Below, in pieces: positions 26,737 to 35,386 of a stretch of DNA of 35,386 nt (position 1 is its first letter; the number at the start of each line of letters is the position of its first letter). The notes below the pieces were generated by a model that worked only from the letters and a program-made list of their open reading frames with translations, did not search any database and was not told where the DNA came from. The DNA is from an uncultured Chthonomonadaceae bacterium. GTDB lineage: Bacteria > Armatimonadota > Chthonomonadetes > Chthonomonadales > Chthonomonadaceae. Made by a program: the position numbers and the translations under genes. Location: positions 1 through 35,386 of the forward strand of contig CAWIEK010000070.1 in the NCBI GenBank assembly GCA_963835065.1, given 5' to 3'.

Positions 26737-29055
26737 TTACTCTTCAAGCGGTTTGTTCGTGCCGGGGATCAGGGTTCCTACCGCATACGAGCGGCGTATG
26801 TCCGTGATCCGCACTTTGGCTTTCTGGCCCACGTAGCGGCTGCCGTCGTCCAGATCGAGCATGTAGCCGTCCGACCAGCCGATGCACTTGTTCGGCTCCT
26901 TGAGCAGCGACCGCATGATGTGGCACTCCACCACCTGGGCGCGGCGGTAATTCAGCTTGTTCTTCTCGAACTCGCCGATTTCACCGGGCGTAATGGTGAA
27001 CCCTTCCACGTGCGTGTCCTCGTCGGCGCGGACAAATAAGGCCCGCTCCAACTGCCGCTCCATCTCTTCCACTGTCGCGCCTTCCGGCCCGATGATGAGT
27101 TCGGCCACTTCCGGGTGACAGCGCAGCAGAAAAGCGTCCCGTTTGGCGTTCTGCGGCAGATTGATCTGGCGGCGCAGGTCGCGCTCGACGTGCAGCGACA
27201 CGCTTTCCGGCGAGGGCAGATGGCCCCGTCCCTTGCAGTACGGGCACTCGTCCGTCATAAAGCCGGACAGGGTTTCGCCCGTGCGCTTGCGGGTCATTTC
27301 AATCAGGCCCAGCCCGCTGATGCTGGAGATTTTGGTGCGTGAGCGATCTTTTTTCAGCGCGGTTTCCAGCGCTTTGATGACCGCCTGCTTGTCGCGCGGG
27401 TTGTTCATGTCAATGAAGTCAATGACGATGATGCCGCCGATGTCGCGCAGGCGCAGTTGCCGCGCGATTTCGGTTGCCGCGTCAATGTTTGTCCGCAGGA
27501 TGGTTTCGGACAGACTGCTGCCCCCGACGTTCTTGCTCGTGTTCACGTCAATCACCGTCAGCGCTTCGGTTTCTTCAATCACCAGTGAGCCGCCCGAACG
27601 GAGAAACACTTTCTGCTTGGTCAAGCGCTCGATTTCGTTTTCCAGCCCATACTGGTCGAAAATCGGCGTCGCGCCGTCGTACAGATGAACGCGGCCTTTG
27701 AGTTTGGGCGAAATGCGATCCAGCAGGTCGTTTGCTTTTTCGTATTCGGCAGGCTCGTCAATCACCAGTTTGCTGACATCGGAGCCGAACACATCGCGGA
27801 TGGTCTTGTACAGCAGCGTCAAATCTTGCAGCACAAGGGCGGGCGCGCTCATGGTACGAGCGTTTTCCTGCACCTGCCGCCAGTTTTGGACGAGGAAATC
27901 CATGTCCGCTTTGAGTTCCTGCTCGGTTTTGTCTTCGGCTTCCGTGCGGATAATCAGGCCAAAGCCGGGAACGCGGATTTTATCGCCGATTTTTTTCAAG
28001 CGGTCGCGTTCCTTGCTGTCTTCGATTTTGCGCGACACGCCCAGATTGTCGGCTTCGGGCATCAGGACAAGGTAGCGTCCGGGCAGGGAAATGCGGGTGG
28101 AAACGCGCGCCCCTTTGGTGCTGCGTGGCCCCTTTAGCACCTGTACCAGCACTTCCTGTCCCACTTTCAGCACGTCGCCGATGCGCTGCTGGCGCAGGGC
28201 GGAGCGGCGGTACCCCGCCTTAAACCGCATGGGCCGGTGTTCGCTGCCTCGCGCGCCGGGGGCGGCGTTGGCGGCTGTTCCCGTCTGGTCTTCGTCCTCG
28301 TCTTCCTCGTCGTCTTCCTCATCCTCGTCGAAATCAATCTCATCCGACTCGTCTTCCGCAGCATCATCCGCGTCTTCGCTGTCTTCCCGACTCGTCAATC
28401 CCTCCGCGCTGTTGAAACTTCTGGAATTCTGGTCGCCGGAATCATTGGTATCATCCCCGACATTTGTTTCGGTCTGCGGATCGTAAAACGGGTTGGTTTC
28501 CTCGAAACCATTGGCTTCGCCTGCTTCCTGCGCGGAAACATTCGTGATTTCCGGCGCGTCGGCAGAATTTTGGGAATTCTCCTGCGCTTCCGTTATTGCG
28601 GATTCGGACGACGGGGAGGGTTCCGCGCTCGTAACATCCGCGCGGCCTGCCGCCACCACTTCGGCGGGCATCTGCAAACCGGGGGAAGGGCGGGGAGTTT
28701 CCTTACGGTCGCGCGAACCCCGCGCATCCTTGCCGTAACGCTGTTCGCGCCGGTCACGCCCATTACCGCCGGCATTTCCATTCCTGGGTTCCGCGTTCGG
28801 AGCCGAACTCGGCGGAGCGCTGTCGGTATCATTGGAAGGCAGCACGTCGCCCACCGCCAGAAAAGCGTTCCGGTCCAAACCGATGTCCACGAAAGCGGCA
28901 TCTATGCCCTGTATTACGTTGGAAACCCGGCACTTGTACAGGCTGCCGACCACGCGCTCGGCGCGCTCAATATGCAGTTCCACCAACTTGCCGTCTTCAA
29001 CAACGGCAATGCGCGTTTCGCGCTCACCAACATTAACAACAATTTCTTTTGCCAT
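26737..29055 (-). CDS. Rne/Rng family ribonuclease with large acidic insertion and C-terminal TRAM-like domain
   Basis: AAGGAGGT RBS; AAFVDIGLDRNAFL, TVIDVNT, RLRDIGGIIVIDFIDM, GLIEMTRKR, CPYCKGRG. Confidence 0.96.
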   Translation of the reverse strand: MAKEIVVNVGERETRIAVVEDGKLVELHIERAERVVGSLYKCRVSNVIQGIDAAFVDIGLDRNAFLAVGDVLPSNDTDSAPPSSAPNAEPRNGNAGGNGRDRREQRYGKDARGSRDRKETPRPSPGLQMPAEVVAAGRADVTSAEPSPSSESAITEAQENSQNSADAPEITNVSAQEAGEANGFEETNPFYDPQTETNVGDDTNDSGDQNSRSFNSAEGLTSREDSEDADDAAEDESDEIDFDEDEEDDEEDEDEDQTGTAANAAPGARGSEHRPMRFKAGYRRSALRQQRIGDVLKVGQEVLVQVLKGPRSTKGARVSTRISLPGRYLVLMPEADNLGVSRKIEDSKERDRLKKIGDKIRVPGFGLIIRTEAEDKTEQELKADMDFLVQNWRQVQENARTMSAPALVLQDLTLLYKTIRDVFGSDVSKLVIDEPAEYEKANDLLDRISPKLKGRVHLYDGATPIFDQYGLENEIERLTKQKVFLRSGGSLVIEETEALTVIDVNTSKNVGGSSLSETILRTNIDAATEIARQLRLRDIGGIIVIDFIDMNNPRDKQAVIKALETALKKDRSRTKISSISGLGLIEMTRKRTGETLSGFMTDECPYCKGRGHLPSPESVSLHVERDLRRQINLPQNAKRDAFLLRCHPEVAELIIGPEGATVEEMERQLERALFVRADEDTHVEGFTITPGEIGEFEKNKLNYRRAQVVECHIMRSLLKEPNKCIGWSDGYMLDLDDGSRYVGQKAKVRITDIRRSYAVGTLIPGTNKPLEE

Positions 29056-29176
29056 TTGAGAGAAAGCACCTCCTTTCACAAAGCGTTGAGGATTGAGCGT
29101 TAAGCGTCGAGAACAAAGCGCTAAGACACTTTCTGTTTTAACTTTCAACGCTCAACGCTTGATATAAACACCATAG

Positions 29177-29202
29177 CCCCGCGCATAAAAACATGCGCGG
29201 GG
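29177..29202. promoter_or_regulatory. 10-bp GC-rich hairpin in the ribonuclease upstream region
   Basis: ccccgcgcat-aaaaac-atgcgcgggg. Confidence 0.5.
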
Positions 29203-29395
29203 TCAATAACAAACCAAAACACTGTCGTGGCGACGGAAGCAGAATAACGCAAACGCCTGCTGCTGCGCAAAAGCAATTCGTCTGCTTGCGCAATATGCCT
29301 TGCGGCGTTCACAGGACTCAAGTTTACGCGCGCCTGCTCCACAGCCGGAGTCGGCGTCAGCCTCCAACAATGTTTCCAGATTACAAAAGCGCAAA

Positions 29396-29725
29396 CTAGC
29401 CCTTCTTCGCCACAACGTCCTTCTTGGCGGCCGCTTCGGCTTTGTCTTTCTTGTCTTTGTCGCTCAGTTTGGCGAATGTGGTATCGCAGCCACCGCAGCA
29501 GAAGTGAACACGATAGTTGCCGACCACTTCGGGCTTACCGGCTTCGGTCTTGTGATCGGCGATCTTTTCGCCGGTCATCGGGCACGTCCACACATCGGTG
29601 ATTTTGGCAACCGTTTTGGTGACGGGCTTTTTGGTAACGGGCTTTTTGGAGGCGGTGGGCGGCGCGGCGAAAGCAACCGCGCTGACAACGGAAAGAGCGG
29701 CAAACAAAGCAAAGGTGGTTTTCAT
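29396..29725 (-). CDS. Secreted small YHS/TRASH-like metal-binding protein
   Basis: Signal peptide; CPMTG...HFCCGGC; AGGAG RBS. Confidence 0.82.
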   Translation of the reverse strand: MKTTFALFAALSVVSAVAFAAPPTASKKPVTKKPVTKTVAKITDVWTCPMTGEKIADHKTEAGKPEVVGNYRVHFCCGGCDTTFAKLSDKDKKDKAEAAAKKDVVAKKG

Positions 29726-29898
29726 GGAAACGAAACTCCTGATCGAAAAGAGCGCGCGTCGTATTCGTTAAAACCTGCAGCAAACAGAGAAACTTCGCGC
29801 AAATAGCAGGTTTTCAGCAAATACAACGAACGCAAGCGCATGGTTCACGCAATTACCTCAATCTATTGTACCGCATTATTCGCCGATACAGCAAGCGC

Positions 29899-30008
29899 GG
29901 AGTAAGGGATAAGGGATAAGTGGTAAGAGATAAGTAGATACAAGATACAAGATACAAGCCCAATACTCATTCCTTGAGTACCATGACCACCTAAAACCCT
30001 AAAACCCT
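29899..30008 (+). repeat. Heptamer repeat mosaic (GGATAAG, GATACAA, ACCCTAA)
   Basis: Direct reading of tandem units. Confidence 0.8.
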
Positions 30009-32278
30009 ACTCCTTGGTTGTAAAGCGCTTGGGACCGCAGCGCACGGCGACGACATCTTCCGGGCCACTTTCGGCCTCCGACGTGACGAATACCTGATAG
30101 GTGGTGTTGGGCTGCAAACCGGACAAGCGAAAACGATGATCGCATGTCACGCGGGAACCAATCGGCTCGATGCCGCAATTTACTTCTCTGTCAGCGTAAG
30201 CGCTGAAATTGACCTGTTCCCAATGCGTGACGGCAACAAACCCGTTGAGTTCCCCCGCCGTGTGCCACGAAACGATGGCGCTGTCTCGCGTAATCTGCTC
30301 CACGCGCAGCGTTCGGATTTCGCGCAGGGCATCCGGTGCAATGCGTCCCATGCGCCCGATTTGTGGATACAGGCGGTTTTGGAGGCGCGGCGCGATGTCG
30401 CCGGGCTGAAAGTTCCAAACGTGGCGCGGTTTGTCCGGCGGGGCCAATTTCTGCGGCGGGCCGAAGACATAATCAAGAATGGGGCTATTTTGCGGCGCGG
30501 TGGCATCCGGCACGGGCGTAAGTTCCCGTGACGTAATCGCGCTCCCCCAACGCGCGTTCAGCAGCCGCCCGGAAGGGAGACAGGCGCGGTGGTTCAAGGC
30601 GCAGGCCACATATTCGAGCGCCTGCTTGTTGCTCAGGATGCTGTCGTGGTTGGCGCATACCAGGCACGTAGGCCGCCAATCATCAAAGTTGTCGGCAATC
30701 ACGCCACTCCAAAGCGGCACAAGCCCATCGGAATAGTTGAGTTCCGCGGTGGGATGCCGTTCCAGCGCCAGGTAGGGGAACCAGGAGGGAATCTGCGTCA
30801 AGCGCAGGGCGCTGTACGGGTCAGTTCGCAACCCCGTTCCCGGAATGGGGAGAAAAGCGTTGTCGTCGCCTGCCACGCAGCCATAGGCAACCGAACTCCA
30901 GAAACGGCTTGCGCTGTCCCTCCTCCACAAAGTTATTGAGGGCCGTCAGCCAGGGGCTGTTGACGGCCATCACTTCCATAGAAGGAACGCGCGTGGGCAG
31001 CAGCACGGCCAGCGAACCATCCACAAATTTGCTGACAGGCTGTCCAAGCAGGGGCGCATCGGCAAGGCGAACGCCGCCCGCGTTCAAATCCGTTTTGCCC
31101 CCATCCGCCGCGTGTATCTCGTTGACATAATTACACAGGGGTACGCCGCGCCACATGCTGGCAACGGTTATCAGTTTGCGGACAGGGATGCCGATTGCCG
31201 ATTGCCGATTGCCGATTTTCGATTGGGCCTCTTCTGTCTTCCGTCTTCTGTCTTCTGTCTTCTCTTCTCCTGTTCCCTGTTCCCTGTTCCCTGTTCCCTG
31301 GCCCGCGTACCACGCCGGGTCCAGCCTATAAAGGGGCTGGGGGACGCCCGTGTTGGCGGAGCGGACGTACCAGGAGTGGCTGTTCTGAGTGGAGGGGTCG
31401 CGCCGAAATTGGTGCAGATACCAGCGGGCGATCAGGCCGCCGTAACTGTAGCCGAGCAAATCTACGCGGCGAATGGCAAGATGGTCGTTTTGCAGCACAT
31501 TTTGCAGCGTTTGCGCGACGGTTTTTTCCAATTGCTGCGCGGCTTCTTCTATTGGGCCGTTGCCGTGAAATTCCCGCGCGGGCGTGGCAAGCACACTGAA
31601 AGGGTTGAAGTCGTGCTTGCCGTGATCGGAATAAACAACGGAGATGCCGATTTGCCGGAGGCGGTCCGGCAGCCGGTCTTTGCCGATCCATGTTAAGGAG
31701 GTGACGCTGCTGTTGATGCCATGCACGGCCACAAGCGGGGGGCGGGCGAGAACAACAGGCTGCTGCGCGACGATTGTGGAACCGCTGCCAATGGCAATGG
31801 AGTCGCCGCCAACTCCTGTGCGGCGTACCGTGAGCAGGACAACGCGCCGGTTTTCACGCTGAATGTCGCTTAAATGCTGCGGTTCGGGATTGGAATTGAA
31901 TTCGTCCGGGGGAAAATAGATCAGCCGGTCATTTTCCTGCCGGATGGTTCCCCTGTTGTTAGTGTCGGCAGCATCCGAGCGTTTGTGCCGTTTGCGCTTC
32001 TGAACGGGGCTGCTGTCCGTTAGCGTACAGGTCAGGGGAACACCGCGCAGCGATGCGGGAAGCGGAACGATCAAATAATCACGCAAGGCATCGGGCATTT
32101 CGCGCAAGTTGTCGCAAGCAATGCCAACGACAGGAACGCCGTTGGCATCCGTAAGCGGAAGAGAAATTGGCGCGCTGTCCGCCTGCTTGCGGTATGCCGC
32201 CACACGCGCAGTCCCGCTCAAAAGCGCCATTACGCAAAGAAGAAGACAACAGCAAGAATACAGAAACGGCTTCCGCAT
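30007..32278 (-). CDS. Secreted alpha/beta hydrolase (PGAP1/lipase-like) with C-terminal FN3-like domain; frameshift near 30900
   Basis: VHGINS and GYSYGGLIAR in the upstream ORF; SDGLVP, NHDSI and HRFRLSGLQPNTTY in the downstream ORF complete the triad. Confidence 0.8.
31189..31300. repeat. In-frame intragenic heptamer mosaic (CCGATTG, TCTTCTG, CTGTTCC)
   Basis: Encodes QGTGNREQGTGEEKTEDRRRKTEEAQSKIGNRQSAIG. Confidence 0.9.
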
Positions 32279-32460
32279 CACGAAACGAACATTCAAAACG
32301 GCCTCCACAACACTCAGGACTACTTTGGATAAGAACACTTCTTATACGTTCGTCGCCCGTTGTTGGTTGTGCCGTTCTTTATACAGTTGGCCTATGCAAA
32401 TATAGGTATCAGGGAGGTTGCCCATTTTAGAATAATTAACATTTCAGCAAAATAGAAGTT

Positions 32461-33924
32461 TTAAGGTTCCCGGTCATAGCCAATGAAGTCACCCGTGTCC
32501 AATTTCTCATCCATGCGATTTTCGATTGACGATTGAGGTTCCTCTGTTCCCTGTTCCCTGTTCCCTGTCTCCTGTTCTTCTGTCTCCCCCTCTCCTCTTC
32601 TCCCCCTCTCCTTGTCTTTCCCTCCTCCGATGCTGCGCAGGGGAAGGGGCTGAAGCGGGAGTGGGTCGGGCAGGCCGGTTTCCTTTGCGCGTTTGGCGAC
32701 ATGCGCTTCCATTTGCGCCTGCAGTTGCTGTACGATTTCGGGATATTCGGAGGCGACGTTGTTGAGTTCGCCGGGGTCTTGGCTGAGATGGTAGAGTTCG
32801 ACGTCGGAGTTGCCGTGCAGGTCGGGAATTTCGAGGGGCACGATCAGCTTCCACGTAGGAGTGCGCAGGCCGCGCTTTTTCATCCACGTATTTTCCGTGA
32901 TGTGCAGCGCGTCCGTCGTGCCGCGCTGCGTGGACGCGGGGGAATGGATAAGGGGCAGCAGGCTGGTTCCCGTCATGCCTTCCCGATGGGCAATGTCGCC
33001 CAAGTCCAGCAGGTCGAGGATGGTAGGCGCGATGTCGGGCATCTGGCACAGGCCACCGATACGGACATTGGCCGGCAGCAGATTGGGACAGCGCATGAGC
33101 AGGGGAATGTGGATGTTGGTGTCGTACAGGCCATGATGGTCGAACCAATGTCCGTGTTCGTCCAGTTCTTCGCCGTGATCGGCAGTGACGACAACCAGCG
33201 TATCGGAAGCCAGGCCAAGTTCTTCCAAATGCGTCAGGATGTGCGCAAAGCAGGCGTCCATATACGCGATACAGGCATCGTACTGCGCTTTGGGAAATTC
33301 AATGTCCGTGACGCCGGGCATCCACTCGGCAAAATAGCGCCGGAAGTTTTCAAACGCCCACACTTCCTCCATGCTGCGGTTAGTGGGGTCTTTTTCATTG
33401 CCCGCGTAAAACATGCGGTCGAACGGCGCGGGCGGCAGATAGGGCGTATGCGGGTCCCAAAAGTGGAAGAACAGGAAAAACGGCTGATCCTGCGCGGCGG
33501 CTTCGCTCAATACTTTCAGCGCGGTTTGTGTCACCGCTTCACCCTTGCGCCAGTCGCGGGGCGCGCTCGTATCCCATCCGTACCCCTCGTAATGGTCTAT
33601 ACCGCGCGCAAACCAGCGCCCTAAATTGTCCGCCGCGCCCGTATAATACCCTTCCTCCCGCAGCAGTTCCGCCAGCATTTTGATGTCAGGCGGCGGTTCA
33701 GGCGTTCCCGATTGACTGGTAATCTGATGCGCGTACAAATCCTTGCCCGTCATCAGCGTGGTATGGCCGGGATAGGTCGGGATATGCGGGCTGAAAAAGT
33801 CCGTAAACAGCACCCCTTCTTCCGCCAGGCGGTCAAGGTGCGGGCTGGTACGCCGAAAATGCCCGTAGCAGGAAAGCCGGTCGGCGCGGGTGGTATCGAG
33901 GCTGACAAGGATGATGTTGGTCAT
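32461..33924 (-). CDS. Sulfatase-like alkaline-phosphatase-superfamily hydrolase
   Basis: NIILVSLDTTRAD, TYPGHTTLMTG, DPHTPY, TADHGE, HIPLLM, ELYHLSQDPGELNN. Confidence 0.93.
   Translation of the reverse strand: MTNIILVSLDTTRADRLSCYGHFRRTSPHLDRLAEEGVLFTDFFSPHIPTYPGHTTLMTGKDLYAHQITSQSGTPEPPPDIKMLAELLREEGYYTGAADNLGRWFARGIDHYEGYGWDTSAPRDWRKGEAVTQTALKVLSEAAAQDQPFFLFFHFWDPHTPYLPPAPFDRMFYAGNEKDPTNRSMEEVWAFENFRRYFAEWMPGVTDIEFPKAQYDACIAYMDACFAHILTHLEELGLASDTLVVVTADHGEELDEHGHWFDHHGLYDTNIHIPLLMRCPNLLPANVRIGGLCQMPDIAPTILDLLDLGDIAHREGMTGTSLLPLIHSPASTQRGTTDALHITENTWMKKRGLRTPTWKLIVPLEIPDLHGNSDVELYHLSQDPGELNNVASEYPEIVQQLQAQMEAHVAKRAKETGLPDPLPLQPLPLRSIGGGKDKERGRRGEGETEEQETGNREQGTEEPQSSIENRMDEKLDTGDFIGYDREP
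32516..32623. repeat. In-frame intragenic repeat mosaic in the sulfatase C-terminus
   Basis: Encodes GKDKERGRRGEGETEEQETGNREQGTEEPQSSIENR. Confidence 0.88.
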
Positions 33925-33932
33925 GGCAGATT

Positions 33933-33999
33933 AGGGGTAGGGGTCAGGGATAAAGTTTAGGTGTATTGCCTGACCCCTACCCCTTAATCCCTGACCCCT
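33933..33999. repeat. Inverted repeat pair AGGGGTAGGGGTCAGG / CCTGACCCCTACCCCT
   Basis: Perfect 16-bp inverted match in the intergenic spacer. Confidence 0.8.
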
Positions 34000-34000
34000 C

Positions 34001-35386
34001 CTATTTGTCTTTCCACTTCACATGGCCGTCGGCGTAGAGGATGGCGACGCCGCCGGGTCCGGGGTAGGTTCCGAGAATGGTTTCGGAGGGTTTGCCGATG
34101 TCCTTGAGCGCGCCGCCGCCGTAGGTGTAATTCAGGCCGTCCAGAACGCTGTCATCTCTCAGGTAGGGAGAAGTCACGTCAGCGGTTGCGGGCAAAACTT
34201 CGTCGTAATCCTGGCTGTACATAATCAGTCCGAGCGCGGCTTGTTTGGCGTTGCGCAGGACAAGGTCGCGCAGGGTTCGGGTAAACGCTTCGCGCGGCAG
34301 GTGGGCCAGGGGCGTGACAAGCGCTACGCCCTGCGACAGATACAAAACGGCGTCGCCACGCGGCGACATTTGCGCGTTCACGCCGTCCGCGCAAAGCAAG
34401 GTACGCGCCTGTTCGCTTTTCAGGTCACATTCCAGCCACAGGGGACGGGTATGGTGACGCGCCGCGCCTTCGCTCAACACCTGCGACGTTTGGCGAATAT
34501 GGAGCGGCCCAGCATAGGCTGCGACCCTCGGCGCTTTTTCCGCTAAGGGAGCGGGCATTTTGTCCATCCTCGTAATTGCGCCGGTTGCGGCATCCATGCG
34601 CGCGAAGCGTTGTACCGCCTTGTCGGCAACCGCTGCCGCGTTGCCGGTTTTGTCACTTGTTTTATCGCCGGCCACTTTTTCAAACCAATGCAGCAGCAGC
34701 GCGCTGCCGTCGGGCATCCATTCCACGCCAAGCGTCGGCTCTTTCGGCAGGGCAAGCGCAGGTCCGGCCACGCCACTGCTATCCAGAATACGCGCGGTCT
34801 GCTCTTTCATATCATGCAGCACAATTTGCGGCTTCGTGGGTGAAGTGACGAAGGGCAGCCAGGAGGGGAGGGATACCTCGCGCGCTTGTTCGCGGAGGGC
34901 GTCAATCAGCAGCAGCGCGTGGTGAGGCGTTACCTCTAGCTTTTGCCCATTCTGCGCGTCAGGCTGCTGCGTCGTTTCCAGCCATTCAAGCGTCAGCACG
35001 GCGGTTTGCGAGGCGGGCAGCCATGACAAACTGCCCACTGTCGAGCGTTCTTCGGAGGGCGGCAGGCCGCGATGCTTCCACACGGTCACGCCCCGCTTTG
35101 TCGCCAGATTCCACAAAACCACGCTTGTTTCCACAGGCGGCAGTTCCAGCGTTTGCGCATTGGGACGCGCATCGGGAATATCCGCGCAAATGGCAAGAAC
35201 GCGCCGGCCATCCGGCGACCACGCGGCCAAATCCACCTGTCCCGCCACCACGTGGGGCGGCTGCGCCACAATCGCTTCATTCGCCAACCAGACATAATGC
35301 GGCAGGGCGGAACGGCCTCGATTTTGCGCCTGCCCTCGCAAACCCGTGAGCGTAATGGCCGCGCCGCCCGCCACTGCCGCCACTGC
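34001..35386 (-). CDS. Secreted TolB/WD40-like protein with C-terminal DUF1559/H-X9-DG-type domain; start lies beyond the window
   Basis: AWSPDGRR, WMPDGS and MSPRGD blades; NAKQAALGLIMYSQDYDEVLP...AILYADGHVKW. Confidence 0.82.
   Translation of the reverse strand, partial: AVAAVAGGAAITLTGLRGQAQNRGRSALPHYVWLANEAIVAQPPHVVAGQVDLAAWSPDGRRVLAICADIPDARPNAQTLELPPVETSVVLWNLATKRGVTVWKHRGLPPSEERSTVGSLSWLPASQTAVLTLEWLETTQQPDAQNGQKLEVTPHHALLLIDALREQAREVSLPSWLPFVTSPTKPQIVLHDMKEQTARILDSSGVAGPALALPKEPTLGVEWMPDGSALLLHWFEKVAGDKTSDKTGNAAAVADKAVQRFARMDAATGAITRMDKMPAPLAEKAPRVAAYAGPLHIRQTSQVLSEGAARHHTRPLWLECDLKSEQARTLLCADGVNAQMSPRGDAVLYLSQGVALVTPLAHLPREAFTRTLRDLVLRNAKQAALGLIMYSQDYDEVLPATADVTSPYLRDDSVLDGLNYTYGGGALKDIGKPSETILGTYPGPGGVAILYADGHVKWKDK

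Overview
GC-rich bacterial chromosomal segment. An Armatimonadota-like origin is inferred from the DUF1559-type 'NAKQAALGLIMYSQDYDE..ADGHVKW' domain, DUF1501 and the yggS-sepF-proC order. Core genes are htrA, ribBA-ribH, yggS-sepF-proC and an RNase E/G. Accessory content includes ankyrin proteins, four zinc-ribbon proteins, a ParDE-like TA pair and several hydrolases. The most interesting part is 10.3-17.2 kb. It holds (i) an unannotated ~100-nt sRNA candidate with a TTGACA-17-TATCCT promoter and an intrinsic terminator; (ii) an orphan SorC-type regulator, then a 3x12-bp repeat in a putative promoter, a translationally coupled EEP nuclease + small unknown protein, and an AAA ATPase + DUF4276 pair (candidate defence island); and (iii) a ~300-bp non-coding IS200/IS605-type element. 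The window is dense in 7-10-mer tandem repeats that form intergenic inverted pairs and are also inserted in-frame in coding sequences. Six genes carry frameshifts, which may be assembly indel errors. All family calls are motif recognition by eye, not database searches.
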